Shown here: in pieces, positions 30,313-41,026 of the stretch | How the letters are laid out: each line of letters begins with the position of its first letter | How positions within the stretch are numbered: the stretch's first letter is position 1 | IMG/VR virus record: IMGVR_UViG_2030936005_000025 | Span: 96,001-160,000 of that record | DNA from: a virus | Lineage: Duplodnaviria > Caudoviricetes | Direction: 5' to 3' (one strand) | Length of the DNA stretch: 64,000 nt | Position numbers and translations under genes: made by a program | The notes under the pieces: model-generated | Database searches by the model: none | What the model was told of the DNA's origin: nothing | Seen by the model: only the letters and a program-made list of their open reading frames with translations

Positions 30313-31557
30313 TTATTTATCTTCTTCTTTCTTAGCAGCCGGAGCTGAACCGCCCAGGTGAGCCTTAACGAAGGCCAGCTGTGCTTCCAGGATGTCAGCA
30401 CCCAGGTTGGTTGCACCGCGCGCGTATTTCAGAGCAGCGGTGTGAGCACCTTTAACTGCGCCAACGGTAGACTTAACTTCTTTCTTCTCATCATCGGTAC
30501 GATCAGCTTTAGGAACGCTGTTCTTCTCGATCGCGCCAACAGCTTTGTCGCGCTGAGTAGTCAGAGCAGATTTGTCCAGTTTGGCGTTGTGCAGTTTGTC
30601 TGCATCAGAAGCAACACCGTTAACCAGAGACAGCAGGACAGATTTGTCCAGTTTGCCGCCTTTCGGAGCTTCGACCTGTTTAACAGTTACAGCTGCTTTA
30701 CCCAGACCTGCATCGCGCAGTGGAGCAACAACGTGGATTTCAGCACCGCTACCGATAACGATTTTCAGAGTTTCGGTGTCGTCGCTCTTACCTTCGATGG
30801 TTTTGGTACCTGCGCCGCCGAATGCATCAGCAACAGCGTGAGCTGCTTGAGCAGAGTCACCTTCGCGAGCCAGACCCAGACCACCCAGTTCAGAGAAGCA
30901 TTTGCCCTGTACAGAGATCAGTGCAGCGATAGCTTTAGAGCTACCGTTAGCTTCCAGCAGTGAAGCAGATTTAGAAAGGGTGATTTCACCTTCTTTCGCA
31001 GTACCGGAGTTAACCGCGGCTTTCAGGGTGCCCGCTTTAGCTTTGATGCCTTTCAGCTTGTTGAACAGGCCGATGAACATGTTGATGAAGCTGTTGTACA
31101 GATCAACGAAGAATTTCTTCACTGCACCAGCTGCTTTACCAGCAGTTTCTTTGAAAGACTCAACGCCAGCGAATGCAGCCAGGTTGGCGGTAGATGCGTC
31201 AGCATAAGACTCAGCACCCTGAACTTCAACCTCAACACCGAAACGGCCAGAGATTTTAGCAGCGCGGTGCATGCGGTATGCGAACAGTTCAGCGTTGAAA
31301 GGAGTAGCACCAGACATCATTGATTCGATGCCGGCAACTTCTTCTTCCAGCTCTTCAACTTTTTCTTCCAGAGCTTCGATCGCAGTTTCATGAGTCGCGA
31401 TGTCTTTATCGTGCTCAGCGATGTCGGCTTCGGCTTCGGCGATTTCTTTATCAACGATCGCTTCTGCTGCTTCTTCAGCAGTAGCTACGATTGCGGTTTC
31501 AGACAGTTCAGCGCTTTCCTGGCCGGCAACGCTTTTGAAGATATCAGAGAGTGACAT
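30313..31557 (-). CDS. Abundant inner-body/ejection protein with an acidic propeptide
   Basis: Capsid-like codon bias; E/A-rich N-terminal ~130 aa with AGQESA, AGIESM, QGAESY and AGVESF; K/A/G-rich mature part. Confidence 0.75.
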   Translation of the reverse strand: MSLSDIFKSVAGQESAELSETAIVATAEEAAEAIVDKEIAEAEADIAEHDKDIATHETAIEALEEKVEELEEEVAGIESMMSGATPFNAELFAYRMHRAAKISGRFGVEVEVQGAESYADASTANLAAFAGVESFKETAGKAAGAVKKFFVDLYNSFINMFIGLFNKLKGIKAKAGTLKAAVNSGTAKEGEITLSKSASLLEANGSSKAIAALISVQGKCFSELGGLGLAREGDSAQAAHAVADAFGGAGTKTIEGKSDDTETLKIVIGSGAEIHVVAPLRDAGLGKAAVTVKQVEAPKGGKLDKSVLLSLVNGVASDADKLHNAKLDKSALTTQRDKAVGAIEKNSVPKADRTDDEKKEVKSTVGAVKGAHTAALKYARGATNLGADILEAQLAFVKAHLGGSAPAAKKEEDK

Positions 31558-31596
31558 AGTGCAAGTACCTTTTTCTATAGAAATGGTTAAAACGAT

Positions 31597-32550
31597 TTAA
31601 TTAAATTGTTTACTTAAGTAGGACGACAATGTGTCCACATAATCGTCCAGGTAGATCATGAGCTGTGGAAGAAACCCTGAGTATAAAGTGAACACCTTGG
31701 TATTCCCTTCCAGATGAGAACGCAGATCTGTTAGCAGAGCAGCAGAAACGTCCCCTTTCAAAGTATCTAAATGAGCAAAAGATTTACCCAGCACAGTATT
31801 GAATTTCTTCGTATAACTGTCGTACTGATTAAGAGCCTTCACAACATATTGATACGTTTCGACCAACTTGTTCAACTTCACCAAGATGGACTTGACGTCA
31901 TCTTTACCAAATGATTCAGTAACTTCTTCACCTGGACTGGTAAAATTGACAAGAGAAGTCTTGTCAGAACGCTCATCAAACCAGATCATCTTCCCACCGG
32001 GCAACAGTTCAGAACGTACAGTGTTCTTCATGCTACTATCAGGTAATCCGAATTTCGGGAATTTAAGCGATTCTAAACCGTTGATGATACTCACTGCATC
32101 TTCAGTGGTTTTGATGGAATCAATTTTGCCCAGCAGCGCAAGCTCTTTACTTGAGTAAGCTTCAACGTCCTGTAAAAATGATTTAAGTAAATCCATGGTT
32201 TTCTGAAGATCAACCAACCCATCAATGATGTCAGCAGGTTTACCGTCACGTGTGACTTTCTTCAAAAACGCAGAGTTAAAGGTTAACTCATCTTTCAGGT
32301 TCTCTTTACTTAAACGGTTGTGAGTATGTGCAATAAACATTCGGCGCGTACCCAATGTTTTCACAATACCACTCACAGCGGCCTTAGAAGCGTCAGAGAT
32401 CGCTTTAAGTCCAGCATCGGTAGCTTTACCACCCACACCTTTAAGTTTATCCAGAACGTCCGAGAGGAAGGTTTCACACCCATCAACCCGGACATCCAAT
32501 AAGATAAGTCCCTGAAGTGAGTCTTTTAAGACATCACGTTCATTCGACAT
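31597..32550 (-). CDS. Inner head protein paralog
   Basis: DGCETF site; body shares LPGG-type motifs with ORF 29132 (ELLPGGK vs IIPGNR). Confidence 0.65.
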   Translation of the reverse strand: MSNERDVLKDSLQGLILLDVRVDGCETFLSDVLDKLKGVGGKATDAGLKAISDASKAAVSGIVKTLGTRRMFIAHTHNRLSKENLKDELTFNSAFLKKVTRDGKPADIIDGLVDLQKTMDLLKSFLQDVEAYSSKELALLGKIDSIKTTEDAVSIINGLESLKFPKFGLPDSSMKNTVRSELLPGGKMIWFDERSDKTSLVNFTSPGEEVTESFGKDDVKSILVKLNKLVETYQYVVKALNQYDSYTKKFNTVLGKSFAHLDTLKGDVSAALLTDLRSHLEGNTKVFTLYSGFLPQLMIYLDDYVDTLSSYLSKQFN

Positions 32551-33808
32551 CGTAGCACTCCAGATGTAAACTCATCAGGGTTACCAAGTGACTAGCCAGA
32601 ACAACCAAGCTATTGGATACCTGAGTTTTGAAACTGTTGACATCGTACTGGTAGTCAGCGGTGATTAAACCATACTGATACGCACGATCTTGCCCTGAGT
32701 TCCCGTTACGTAATGTGGCAAGCACATCTTTCACGTCATCGGGGTTAAAGTTAACAGGGTCAGTTTCAACGTTCATGACTTTCAGTTTATCAATGATGCT
32801 TCGGACCACATCACGAATAATAAAGATCTGCGTCAATGTAAGAACTTTCATCTTCGCTTTACCAGATCGCTCTGATCCATCTTTAATAACGTGATAGCCG
32901 GTCATTGACAAGCTGTCAGCGTAGAGGGTGTTATCTGTCGGGATGATGATATTATCTTTCACCCAACGCTGATCCAAGGCAACTCCCTGGAACGCAACAC
33001 CGTCTAACATCGGGAAGGTTTGACGTGCAGCCAACATGCCGTCTTCATCGTTGTCCAATTTGGAACGCAGATTAAACAGTTTAGGGATTTGGCGATCGAT
33101 ATCTAGAATGTCATTGTTCTTGTCGTTACCGAAATAACGGATCACTGAATTCTTGAAACGAGTTTGTTCCATTTCCCAAACACGCAAGCAAGAGAAGATA
33201 TAATTCACTTCACCTTGCAGTTGTTTAGCCACATCTCCATTCAGGAGTTTGCCACCTTTAGAGATAGAACGCGAGATCAGCTCATTAAGCTCAACCTCAG
33301 TACATCCTTCTCTGATTTGTCCCACAACGTCCAGTAACGCATCTAGGGATTCCAGACGTGTATCCAGGACTTCAGTCGAGGTGGTCAATTCAACCCAGCT
33401 GCGGTGGAAGTTCTCCACCAACTGGTTCGCCCATCGCTTGATGTTTTTGTAGGTTTCCCCCAACATCTCTCTCAGGGTTTCAGCTCGAACACGACGCCAT
33501 TCTTTTGGCGTGATATTAATCCCGAATGCTTCGGCACCCACAATAGAGGTTGTGCCAGATTTGCTTACCTTCAGGTTTGAGTTCTGAGTAATCAGGTTAT
33601 CAACACTGGCGGCAATTTCGGGAGTAATCTGATAATCTTCGTTTTCTTCAACCTTGTTTAAGGCAGCTTGAATTTCCTCTTTCACTTTGAGGTTAACACG
33701 GAAGTTATCAATCGCGGAACGAGCTTCTTCAGTAAGCTTAGGGACACTCTGAACAGATGCGGGGTTAATTGCTGCTGCTTTCAGATCGCCGACTAAGCTA
33801 CTTGTCAT
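32540..33808 (-). CDS. Inner head protein paralog
   Basis: 422 aa; VGAEAF site; lies in the tandem head-protein cluster. Confidence 0.65.
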   Translation of the reverse strand: MTSSLVGDLKAAAINPASVQSVPKLTEEARSAIDNFRVNLKVKEEIQAALNKVEENEDYQITPEIAASVDNLITQNSNLKVSKSGTTSIVGAEAFGINITPKEWRRVRAETLREMLGETYKNIKRWANQLVENFHRSWVELTTSTEVLDTRLESLDALLDVVGQIREGCTEVELNELISRSISKGGKLLNGDVAKQLQGEVNYIFSCLRVWEMEQTRFKNSVIRYFGNDKNNDILDIDRQIPKLFNLRSKLDNDEDGMLAARQTFPMLDGVAFQGVALDQRWVKDNIIIPTDNTLYADSLSMTGYHVIKDGSERSGKAKMKVLTLTQIFIIRDVVRSIIDKLKVMNVETDPVNFNPDDVKDVLATLRNGNSGQDRAYQYGLITADYQYDVNSFKTQVSNSLVVLASHLVTLMSLHLECYDVE

Positions 33809-34328
33809 AATAATAAATCCCGTCCATGCTCAGGCAGAACTTAGCAGCAAGCTCTGGACCGATCAACGCCATGAAGTCATAGAAGTGACGATCTTCGACA
33901 ACACTGAAGTCCACGTCTTCAACTTGATAGCTAACGGTATCCTGATGCGCGTTATAAATAAGTGAGGTAGGAATCGGCTCACCCTTGACGCTCATGTTCT
34001 GGATTCGGTTAAAGTCGATATTCAGTTGGTTGATAACAACCGTACCTGAGAATCGTCCTGCAATGTAACCAACGATCTTGCGAGCCAGCTCTTTACGGGC
34101 ACCGCCGCCATTACGGAAGTTCACAATCAACCAGTTACGGAAGTTGGCACCAATGTAACGACGGGTAATGTCGAAGATCTCTGCGTGTGCTTGTGCATCA
34201 CCCAGCAGTTGGTAGGAACCCCAGCCTTTCAAGAACGAGTTAATGATGCGTTCATTGTTTTCCAGGATTCCATTATCGAAATTTGCAGGGACTAAACCGA
34301 ATTTAAGATACTTAAACTCAGTTGCCAT
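33798..34328 (-). CDS. Hypothetical virion protein
   Basis: Start revised to MATEFKY (34328; GAGG SD), overlapping the upstream gene by 11 bp. Confidence 0.6.
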   Translation of the reverse strand: MATEFKYLKFGLVPANFDNGILENNERIINSFLKGWGSYQLLGDAQAHAEIFDITRRYIGANFRNWLIVNFRNGGGARKELARKIVGYIAGRFSGTVVINQLNIDFNRIQNMSVKGEPIPTSLIYNAHQDTVSYQVEDVDFSVVEDRHFYDFMALIGPELAAKFCLSMDGIYYYDK

Positions 34329-35190
34329 ATCGCGCCTCGATTTGGGCAATCTTACCCTGTTTCTTGATGATCTCGTCCTGATAGACTTCGATCTGACGTT
34401 CCAGTGCTGGATCTTCCACACCGGTGCGGCGGTTGTTCAGGCGAGCGATCTTCATAGCCAACATGTCAACATCCGCATTGGAGTCGATGATGGTTTTGAT
34501 ATCTTTCTTCATACGCTGACGTTTCCACCAGTACAGTGGGTTCAGCTGATGAGGTGCCAGGTTACGTTGAACCGATACCGCTTTGTCGCCAACAGTAGAA
34601 CGCAGAATCTCTTCAGACTGTGCATCATACGGCTCGTCAGTCAGATCGTCGATCATGGTCTCCAGCACTTTGGTAGGCTGAGAGAACTTGACCAGCAAGT
34701 TAGAGAAGTACTTTGACGTGTTGTTGAAGAAAGCCAGATCGACTTTAGTCAAGAACGTGTTCATGTTCACTTCTTTGGTTGCTTCGGTCAGAACGATATC
34801 CAACACCAGGCCGGCATAACGGTTGAAGAAGTTGACGGATGAAATAGAATCCAGAATACCTTTCTCTTGGAAAGTAATGGTTTCAGTGTCAAACGTCTCA
34901 GTCTTACCTTTAACGATACGGTCACGGAGTTTCGGTACCCAAGCCAGAAGCTGTTTGATAGCGAAGTCCATGGTGCCAATCAGGTTGCTGCGAGAATCAA
35001 TCTGCTTGCGCACGTCGTTCTCAATGCCTTTCAGTACAGCGTTACGCTGAACATAGGCTTCAACCGCAGCCATGTTGTCACTGTTATCGCGCAGCAGCGC
35101 AATAGTGTCTGACAGGCCACGCAGATACACGAGTTCTTTATCGATGGATACAATCACATCGCTTTTGGGAGTATCACTAATAATGATCAT
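34318..35190 (-). CDS. Inner-body/head protein (phiKZ gp90-like position)
   Basis: 290-aa helical protein with strong codon bias; synteny. Confidence 0.6.
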   Translation of the reverse strand: MIIISDTPKSDVIVSIDKELVYLRGLSDTIALLRDNSDNMAAVEAYVQRNAVLKGIENDVRKQIDSRSNLIGTMDFAIKQLLAWVPKLRDRIVKGKTETFDTETITFQEKGILDSISSVNFFNRYAGLVLDIVLTEATKEVNMNTFLTKVDLAFFNNTSKYFSNLLVKFSQPTKVLETMIDDLTDEPYDAQSEEILRSTVGDKAVSVQRNLAPHQLNPLYWWKRQRMKKDIKTIIDSNADVDMLAMKIARLNNRRTGVEDPALERQIEVYQDEIIKKQGKIAQIEARYGN

Positions 35191-35193
35191 GAA

Positions 35194-36276
35194 TTAACGT
35201 CCACCAAACAGTTTTGCCAGAGAAGCCAGATCCATTGACGTGTCTTTCTTAGCGCTCACGGTGATCTGACGTTGTGTCCATACTTCAGGCATGTTGTTAC
35301 CAGCATAGTAGAAGGTAAACAGACCCAAGGCATCGTCAACAACAACGATAGTGTTAGCCAGAACCGCTTTACGGATCTTGTTGATACCAGAACCATCGAA
35401 ACGTACGCCCAGCTCCAGCTCGATGTTGCGAGCAGACTCTGAAGACATGATGATGGTGTTAGCCTGGGTGTTAAAGCTCACGATACCGGTACGCATAGCC
35501 GCCAAGTTGTTCTTGGTAGCACGATCGGTAACTTCGCTGTAGTAGCCCGACAGATCGTTTTTGCGAATCTGGAATTCACGTCTGATCTCATCTTCACCGG
35601 TCAGCAGTTCAGGCGAAGTGATCTCACCAGACTTGGCCATCATGATACGCGCGACCCAACCATCCTGCGGACGTGCAGCTTCGAAGATCTTTTGAAGATC
35701 GTTCGCACTTACTGGTACCGGAGTCTGACGGAAAGTCAGAGGGAAGGTTAAGGTAACGCCGTCAATGGTGACAGATGCATCAACAGTACGACCCACAGCC
35801 AGTGGTTTATAGTCCTGGAGATCAGCAACTTGTTTACCATTAATAGTAACAACGTTCTGCTGAACTTTCTTACCGGCAGGCTGACCAAAAGACTCAGCGC
35901 CCTGCAAAGCCAAGAAACCACTACGGCGTGGCTGAATTGAATCAACCAGGTCAGATACCTTGATGCCGTTCACACTGCCCTGTTGAGAGAAGTGGGAAAG
36001 CACGTCGTTGATATCGCGCAGGTTAATGATCGTCATCAGGTCACTCATGTAGTCCTGATGGATAAGGGTATCTTCGATAGCAACTAAAGGCGAGATCAGC
36101 GTTTTGGATGCAGACTTAGCGAGACTACCAGTCTGAAGAACATTGTATGTCGCCGCTGCGCCATCAATGATTTTACCAGCCGTTTCCACACCTTTCTTAC
36201 TAGCACCGAAGTTAGTAGCTAGCTGAAGCAGCGTAGCTCCTAAAGAAAGAGCTTGAGGAATCATTACGTACTCCAT
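35194..36276 (-). CDS. Inner-body/head protein (phiKZ gp89-like position)
   Basis: 360 aa; QGAESF site; strong codon bias. Confidence 0.6.
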   Translation of the reverse strand: MEYVMIPQALSLGATLLQLATNFGASKKGVETAGKIIDGAAATYNVLQTGSLAKSASKTLISPLVAIEDTLIHQDYMSDLMTIINLRDINDVLSHFSQQGSVNGIKVSDLVDSIQPRRSGFLALQGAESFGQPAGKKVQQNVVTINGKQVADLQDYKPLAVGRTVDASVTIDGVTLTFPLTFRQTPVPVSANDLQKIFEAARPQDGWVARIMMAKSGEITSPELLTGEDEIRREFQIRKNDLSGYYSEVTDRATKNNLAAMRTGIVSFNTQANTIIMSSESARNIELELGVRFDGSGINKIRKAVLANTIVVVDDALGLFTFYYAGNNMPEVWTQRQITVSAKKDTSMDLASLAKLFGGR

Positions 36277-36288
36277 TAAGGTTTATTT

Positions 36289-37341
36289 ATGAGTTCAAAT
36301 GAAAATGATTTTACAAATTATTCAGGAGAGAACCTACCAAATAGAGAGGAATTGTTCGACGCATCTCTTCTAGAAGGAACTTCTCCTGGATGGTCATCGC
36401 CTTTAATTAACTCTTTAAGAGGGTTAAAGATCCTAGGTCAGGGCCCGGCAATGATGCCGTTATCCGATAACACCATAGGATTGCCGTTTGTTACGCGACC
36501 ACAGTTAAATCTCACAGATGATAATATTACTCGCTCAGAGAAGCTTGTGAGTCTGTATGGAGCCGGTCAGAATAGCATCGGTGCATATATAAGAGGGATG
36601 TTAGACGAACGCTGGGCAGCAGCGAATGCAGGTAAGATCCTGGATAACCGTATGCCGTTTATTGTTCCTCTCACTACCTTTATTAAAACCTCTACGGGGT
36701 TCAGTGATCTTCAGTTATCTATTGAGACATCTGAACCAGGATTACGTAGCCAGGTTTATCAGCGTGTCGCCAGTAAGCTTGAAGAGAACGGTTCATTCAG
36801 TATTAACCAAACTTACTATAACCCTAAACCTTCTGTTATCCAGGCACTGTTCCAGTACTGGGAGGACTATATTTCAGAAGTAGTTTCGGGTGACCGCCAA
36901 GTCACACCTCGTGATTGGTACTTGATGAGTAACCGTATTGATTACGATTGCCGCATCTATCACTTGATCATGAATAAAGATGCCATGTTCCTGGAACACA
37001 TCTTTGCGACTGTTCAATCTATTCCAACGACTTACCCTGCTGGAGCGATTGCTTCAATCGATACCACCCAGAACACGTTGCGTGGTGAAGGTCAGGATGA
37101 CTTTACGATTCAGTTCTCATCAGTGGGTCAGCGTCAGGATGAATTTGGATTGATCCAATCGTTCAATGAACATAGTTTCCTTTATAACCCGAACATCAGA
37201 CCAGAAACGCGTAACAATTATTACCGTGAGTTATCAACGGATGAATACATTGCTTACAGTGGTGGTGCTTATCCTCTATTACTACCACGCTTTGAAAAAG
37301 GACGTGGTGGCATTAAGTTAACATGGTGGGTTCCTAAATGA
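36289..37341 (+). CDS. Virion tail/baseplate protein, possibly tail-tube fold
   Basis: 350 aa; divergent from the head cluster and coupled to the 991-aa gene; fold assignment is inference. Confidence 0.55.
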   Translation: MSSNENDFTNYSGENLPNREELFDASLLEGTSPGWSSPLINSLRGLKILGQGPAMMPLSDNTIGLPFVTRPQLNLTDDNITRSEKLVSLYGAGQNSIGAYIRGMLDERWAAANAGKILDNRMPFIVPLTTFIKTSTGFSDLQLSIETSEPGLRSQVYQRVASKLEENGSFSINQTYYNPKPSVIQALFQYWEDYISEVVSGDRQVTPRDWYLMSNRIDYDCRIYHLIMNKDAMFLEHIFATVQSIPTTYPAGAIASIDTTQNTLRGEGQDDFTIQFSSVGQRQDEFGLIQSFNEHSFLYNPNIRPETRNNYYRELSTDEYIAYSGGAYPLLLPRFEKGRGGIKLTWWVPK

Positions 37342-40313
37342 GTAGTAGCATGACTTTTGATGAATTAAACAAGATCTCGAACAACCCCAGCCGTGTCATA
37401 CCCACAATCTTCAACAACATTGAATCGACCTTTACCGCCGGTCAAGGTACGTTAAACTCAGCAGATCACCCGTTTGCCTTTATGGTGGATTTGGTTACAG
37501 GCAATGCCTTTAACTTTATCTCTCGTTTAGGGGATGCAGAAGCCGGACAGTTCCGTGTTCACGCACGCAACATCGGTGATCTGTCTAAATCCATGAGTGA
37601 TGAAGATTGGTACGGGGTATACGGTGCTCCAAGTTCGACCACGATTCGTTTCATTATCTCTGAAGAGACATTGGACGAAGTCGCTGTTCGTTACACTGAA
37701 ACCAGTGGGACATTGGACAACACGTACCGCAAGCTGGTTATTCCACCGGATTCCGTATTCAACATTGCAGGTATTCCTTTCTTGCTTGAGAACCCTGTTG
37801 AAATCCGTGTGATGGATCATGGTGGTTATGAGGTGGTTTATGACAGTACGCGTCAGTCTAAGCTGAATCCGCTGTCAACCAACACTCCAGATGTTACTTA
37901 TCTGGATATTGACCGTCTTCGTTATTTAGCGATTCATCTTCCTGTTCGCCAGTTGAAGATTACTCCGCAGAATAACAAACCGATTAACGCCAACGCCGGT
38001 TTCCGTGAAGTCATCACATATGAAGATGATATCTACGCGGTTCGTGCTTTCATTACCCCGGATGGCAGTACTCGTCGTTCTGAGATGGCTGTTATCTATA
38101 ATAATGAAAACTACGACCCTAATCAGGCAACGTTAGTTATCGATCTGAAAACGGACAGTACGTTTGAAGCCTCTGTTCCACCTGTGTACACACAGAACGG
38201 AATGATCACGTCAGCCCGTATTACCATTCTGGTTTATACCACGCAAGGTAAAATGTACCGTGACCTGTCAACGCTTGAGAACCAGTACTTCACGTATGAG
38301 TTCTTTGACTATGCGAATGACAACGGTGCATTGGATCAGTTTGAAAAACCACTGGCTAAAATCAACACGCTGTTAGTTGATGTACTGGCACCGATCATCG
38401 GTGGCGCAGATGCCATGCCGTTCCAACAACTTAAAGACTTGATGATCTACGGTCATCGTCAGCGTCTGATTCCAATCAGTAACAATGACATTTCTCAGTT
38501 CCTGTTAACCAATGGTTACTCGTCTGTGAAATCCATCGACTTGGTAACCGATCGTCTCTATCGTGTTACTAAAGATCTTCCTGTCCAGGATTCCAAACTT
38601 TATACCGACAGTAGTGTGGCGAGCTTTAACTCGTCTATGGGTGTGAACGTAGGATCCGTTCTAACGAGCCTGGAAGAGTTGATTGCGTCAGGTTGGGGGA
38701 TTGATAACGGTTTGCGTGTCACGTTACCACAGGGGTCTGTATTCGATATCACGAAGCAGACCCCTTACATGGTATCGAAACTTGACTATCAGAACTTGAT
38801 GAGTTCAAGTAACCAAACCAAGATCGATACGATGGCCAAGAAGACCATGGTTTACACACCGTTTACCTACGTCTTTGATACCACCAAGAATCGTGCAGTG
38901 TGTCGTATCTATCGCACCAATCATCCTAGCATACGTTATCAGACCTTCCGCTTTGAGAACGCAAATCTGGGTCTTCAGGTTAGTGTGGCGAATATCGGTA
39001 TCGAATATACTGATGACGGTTACAAGATCACGATCCAAACCAGCTCAACGGATGCGTATAAGAATCTGGCAAATGACTCTGTGGGTCTGCAGCTTTCCTT
39101 TACGCCGTCAGGTGTTGCGTCGCCGATCACCATGCGTGCTGAACTGGCCGGTGTGACTGAGGATAAAGAACGTCGTTTCGTGTTCACCATCCCAAGTAAC
39201 TTTGACATCACTGATGCCGATTTGATCGGAGTCTCTGGCTTCAATCAGTTTGGTCAACCTGTTAGTCAGAGTTTTGTGGATCTCCAGACCACAGCGACAT
39301 TCATCTTTACATTGGGTGGCTCAGGGTTAACATTAACCTCTGCTTCTGATATGAAGATCGATCAGACCTTGTTCAACAAAACCAACATCTCGATCATTGA
39401 AACCGATTACGTTGTAGAGTTCGGCCGGAACTTAGGTTCGCTCTTTACGCGTGTTCGTCCAATGGTGGGTGAAGGTGAGTATGAGAAGTATCTGAACAAC
39501 GTTCCTGAAGTTTATCCAACAGACACTTACCAATACACCACCGTTACCAATCCTGACGGAAGTACGATTCGTAAGTTGGTTCTGGTTGATGGTCTGCCTG
39601 TGATTGAACACAAAGCAGGTACGCAGGTCATTGCTGCTGATGGAACTCCGGTATGGCGTTTCCTGAAAGGTCAAACGGTTTATGATGACCAGAATAAACC
39701 GGTTCTGTTGTCTCCACGTAAACTGAACTACTACTGGGACTTCATCGGCTTTGACTTCTCTTACAAGCTTTCTCAGGACGCCTATGATACGGCTTATATG
39801 GAAAGCACTGAGTCGTTCTTTGTGGATCAGGTGGTTGCTCAGTTGGATTCATTCAACACGATCACACTTGATGAAACGAAGCTGGTATTCAAACCCCGTT
39901 CAACAATGGGCTTCACGAAGACTATTGTCAATGAGATGATTGAACGCACGCTTAAGAATGATCTCAGCTTCAGTGTTGTTTATATGCTCACACAAAACGG
40001 TATGCGTAATCAGAATCTCAAAGATAACCTGAATACGTCAACACACACGCTGATTAACACAGCGTTGCTGAAAGATACCGTGTCTCACAGTGCGATCATT
40101 ACCACACTGAAAGAGAACGGTGGTTCTGAAGTTATTGATGTGCATCTTACTGTGATGGCGGGTGACTATGAAGTCGATGCTATTACAAATGTAGATAGCA
40201 CCAATGGGTTCAGTGTCACTAAGAACATTGAACAGACTGCAGATAAATTCCTGACCATTAAGGAAGCTATCGAGATTCAGTTCAAACGTCACTTGCCTGA
40301 CTCTTTCGTTTAA
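37338..40313 (+). CDS. Large baseplate wedge-like virion protein (phiKZ gp87-like)
   Basis: 991-aa beta-rich protein; size and synteny. Confidence 0.6.
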   Translation: MSSSMTFDELNKISNNPSRVIPTIFNNIESTFTAGQGTLNSADHPFAFMVDLVTGNAFNFISRLGDAEAGQFRVHARNIGDLSKSMSDEDWYGVYGAPSSTTIRFIISEETLDEVAVRYTETSGTLDNTYRKLVIPPDSVFNIAGIPFLLENPVEIRVMDHGGYEVVYDSTRQSKLNPLSTNTPDVTYLDIDRLRYLAIHLPVRQLKITPQNNKPINANAGFREVITYEDDIYAVRAFITPDGSTRRSEMAVIYNNENYDPNQATLVIDLKTDSTFEASVPPVYTQNGMITSARITILVYTTQGKMYRDLSTLENQYFTYEFFDYANDNGALDQFEKPLAKINTLLVDVLAPIIGGADAMPFQQLKDLMIYGHRQRLIPISNNDISQFLLTNGYSSVKSIDLVTDRLYRVTKDLPVQDSKLYTDSSVASFNSSMGVNVGSVLTSLEELIASGWGIDNGLRVTLPQGSVFDITKQTPYMVSKLDYQNLMSSSNQTKIDTMAKKTMVYTPFTYVFDTTKNRAVCRIYRTNHPSIRYQTFRFENANLGLQVSVANIGIEYTDDGYKITIQTSSTDAYKNLANDSVGLQLSFTPSGVASPITMRAELAGVTEDKERRFVFTIPSNFDITDADLIGVSGFNQFGQPVSQSFVDLQTTATFIFTLGGSGLTLTSASDMKIDQTLFNKTNISIIETDYVVEFGRNLGSLFTRVRPMVGEGEYEKYLNNVPEVYPTDTYQYTTVTNPDGSTIRKLVLVDGLPVIEHKAGTQVIAADGTPVWRFLKGQTVYDDQNKPVLLSPRKLNYYWDFIGFDFSYKLSQDAYDTAYMESTESFFVDQVVAQLDSFNTITLDETKLVFKPRSTMGFTKTIVNEMIERTLKNDLSFSVVYMLTQNGMRNQNLKDNLNTSTHTLINTALLKDTVSHSAIITTLKENGGSEVIDVHLTVMAGDYEVDAITNVDSTNGFSVTKNIEQTADKFLTIKEAIEIQFKRHLPDSFV

Positions 40314-40324
40314 GCAAACATAAC

Positions 40325-40352
40325 CCCTACCCCTCCGTAAGGAAGGGTAGGG
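40325..40352. terminator. CTAC/GTAG-family hairpin at a convergent junction
   Basis: CCCTACCCCTCC-gtaa-GGAAGGGTAGGG; the one mismatch is G-U on the minus strand. Confidence 0.8.
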
Positions 40353-40364
40353 AATTATGCAAGT

Positions 40365-41021
40365 TTAGAACTCAGTAAACGTATCGAGGTAATCGATATA
40401 TCCGCGCAGTGATTCCAGATTGTAATCACAGTTCAGATTGTTCACGTCATAGAGATGACTTGACCATTTAAGAATCGCTTCATCATTGTCAATCTTCCCG
40501 ACCAGAGTTTGCAAGTCTGATGTCAGGTAGTCAATCCATTCAAACGGTTTGACTTCTGACCATTGATCTGCTTTGATGACAACACGCATGTCACCGCTCT
40601 GGAACAGGGTAATCAGACGCGCTACAGCACGACGTAAGAACACTTGACGTTCATGCTTGTCACTCAGTGTCGTTTCATCTAAACGACGTGAGGTTTCAAG
40701 AATGTACTCAGCGATCAAACGCAGTAATGACAGACGAGCCTGTTGCAGTGCTTGACCGTAACCAATGGTGATTGGATGTTCCATAATAAAATGACGAGTA
40801 TCGCGAGCGTTACCTTGCGTTTTACTGGACACTAAACAGATAGCCAGTTGATCACGTCCTGCAACCTCAGGAAGATTAAACACTTCCTCGATGAAGGCCA
40901 AGCAACCTTTCTTACAACGGGGTTCCTTCGTAAAGGTATCCGTGTGTTCCAGGAACTTGTTGTATTGCTTCTGATCAATTACCAGGCGATCCAATACGGC
41001 AAAGATTTCTTCTTTTTGCAT
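40365..41021 (-). CDS. Hypothetical protein
   Basis: 218-aa helical ORF. Confidence 0.6.
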   Translation of the reverse strand: MQKEEIFAVLDRLVIDQKQYNKFLEHTDTFTKEPRCKKGCLAFIEEVFNLPEVAGRDQLAICLVSSKTQGNARDTRHFIMEHPITIGYGQALQQARLSLLRLIAEYILETSRRLDETTLSDKHERQVFLRRAVARLITLFQSGDMRVVIKADQWSEVKPFEWIDYLTSDLQTLVGKIDNDEAILKWSSHLYDVNNLNCDYNLESLRGYIDYLDTFTEF

Positions 41022-41026
41022 ATCGG

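Noticed and set aside
30358-31207. Several plus-strand ORFs opposite the 414-aa head protein gene
   Set aside because: Artefacts of Ala/Lys-rich biased codons; S/A/F-rich nonsense products.
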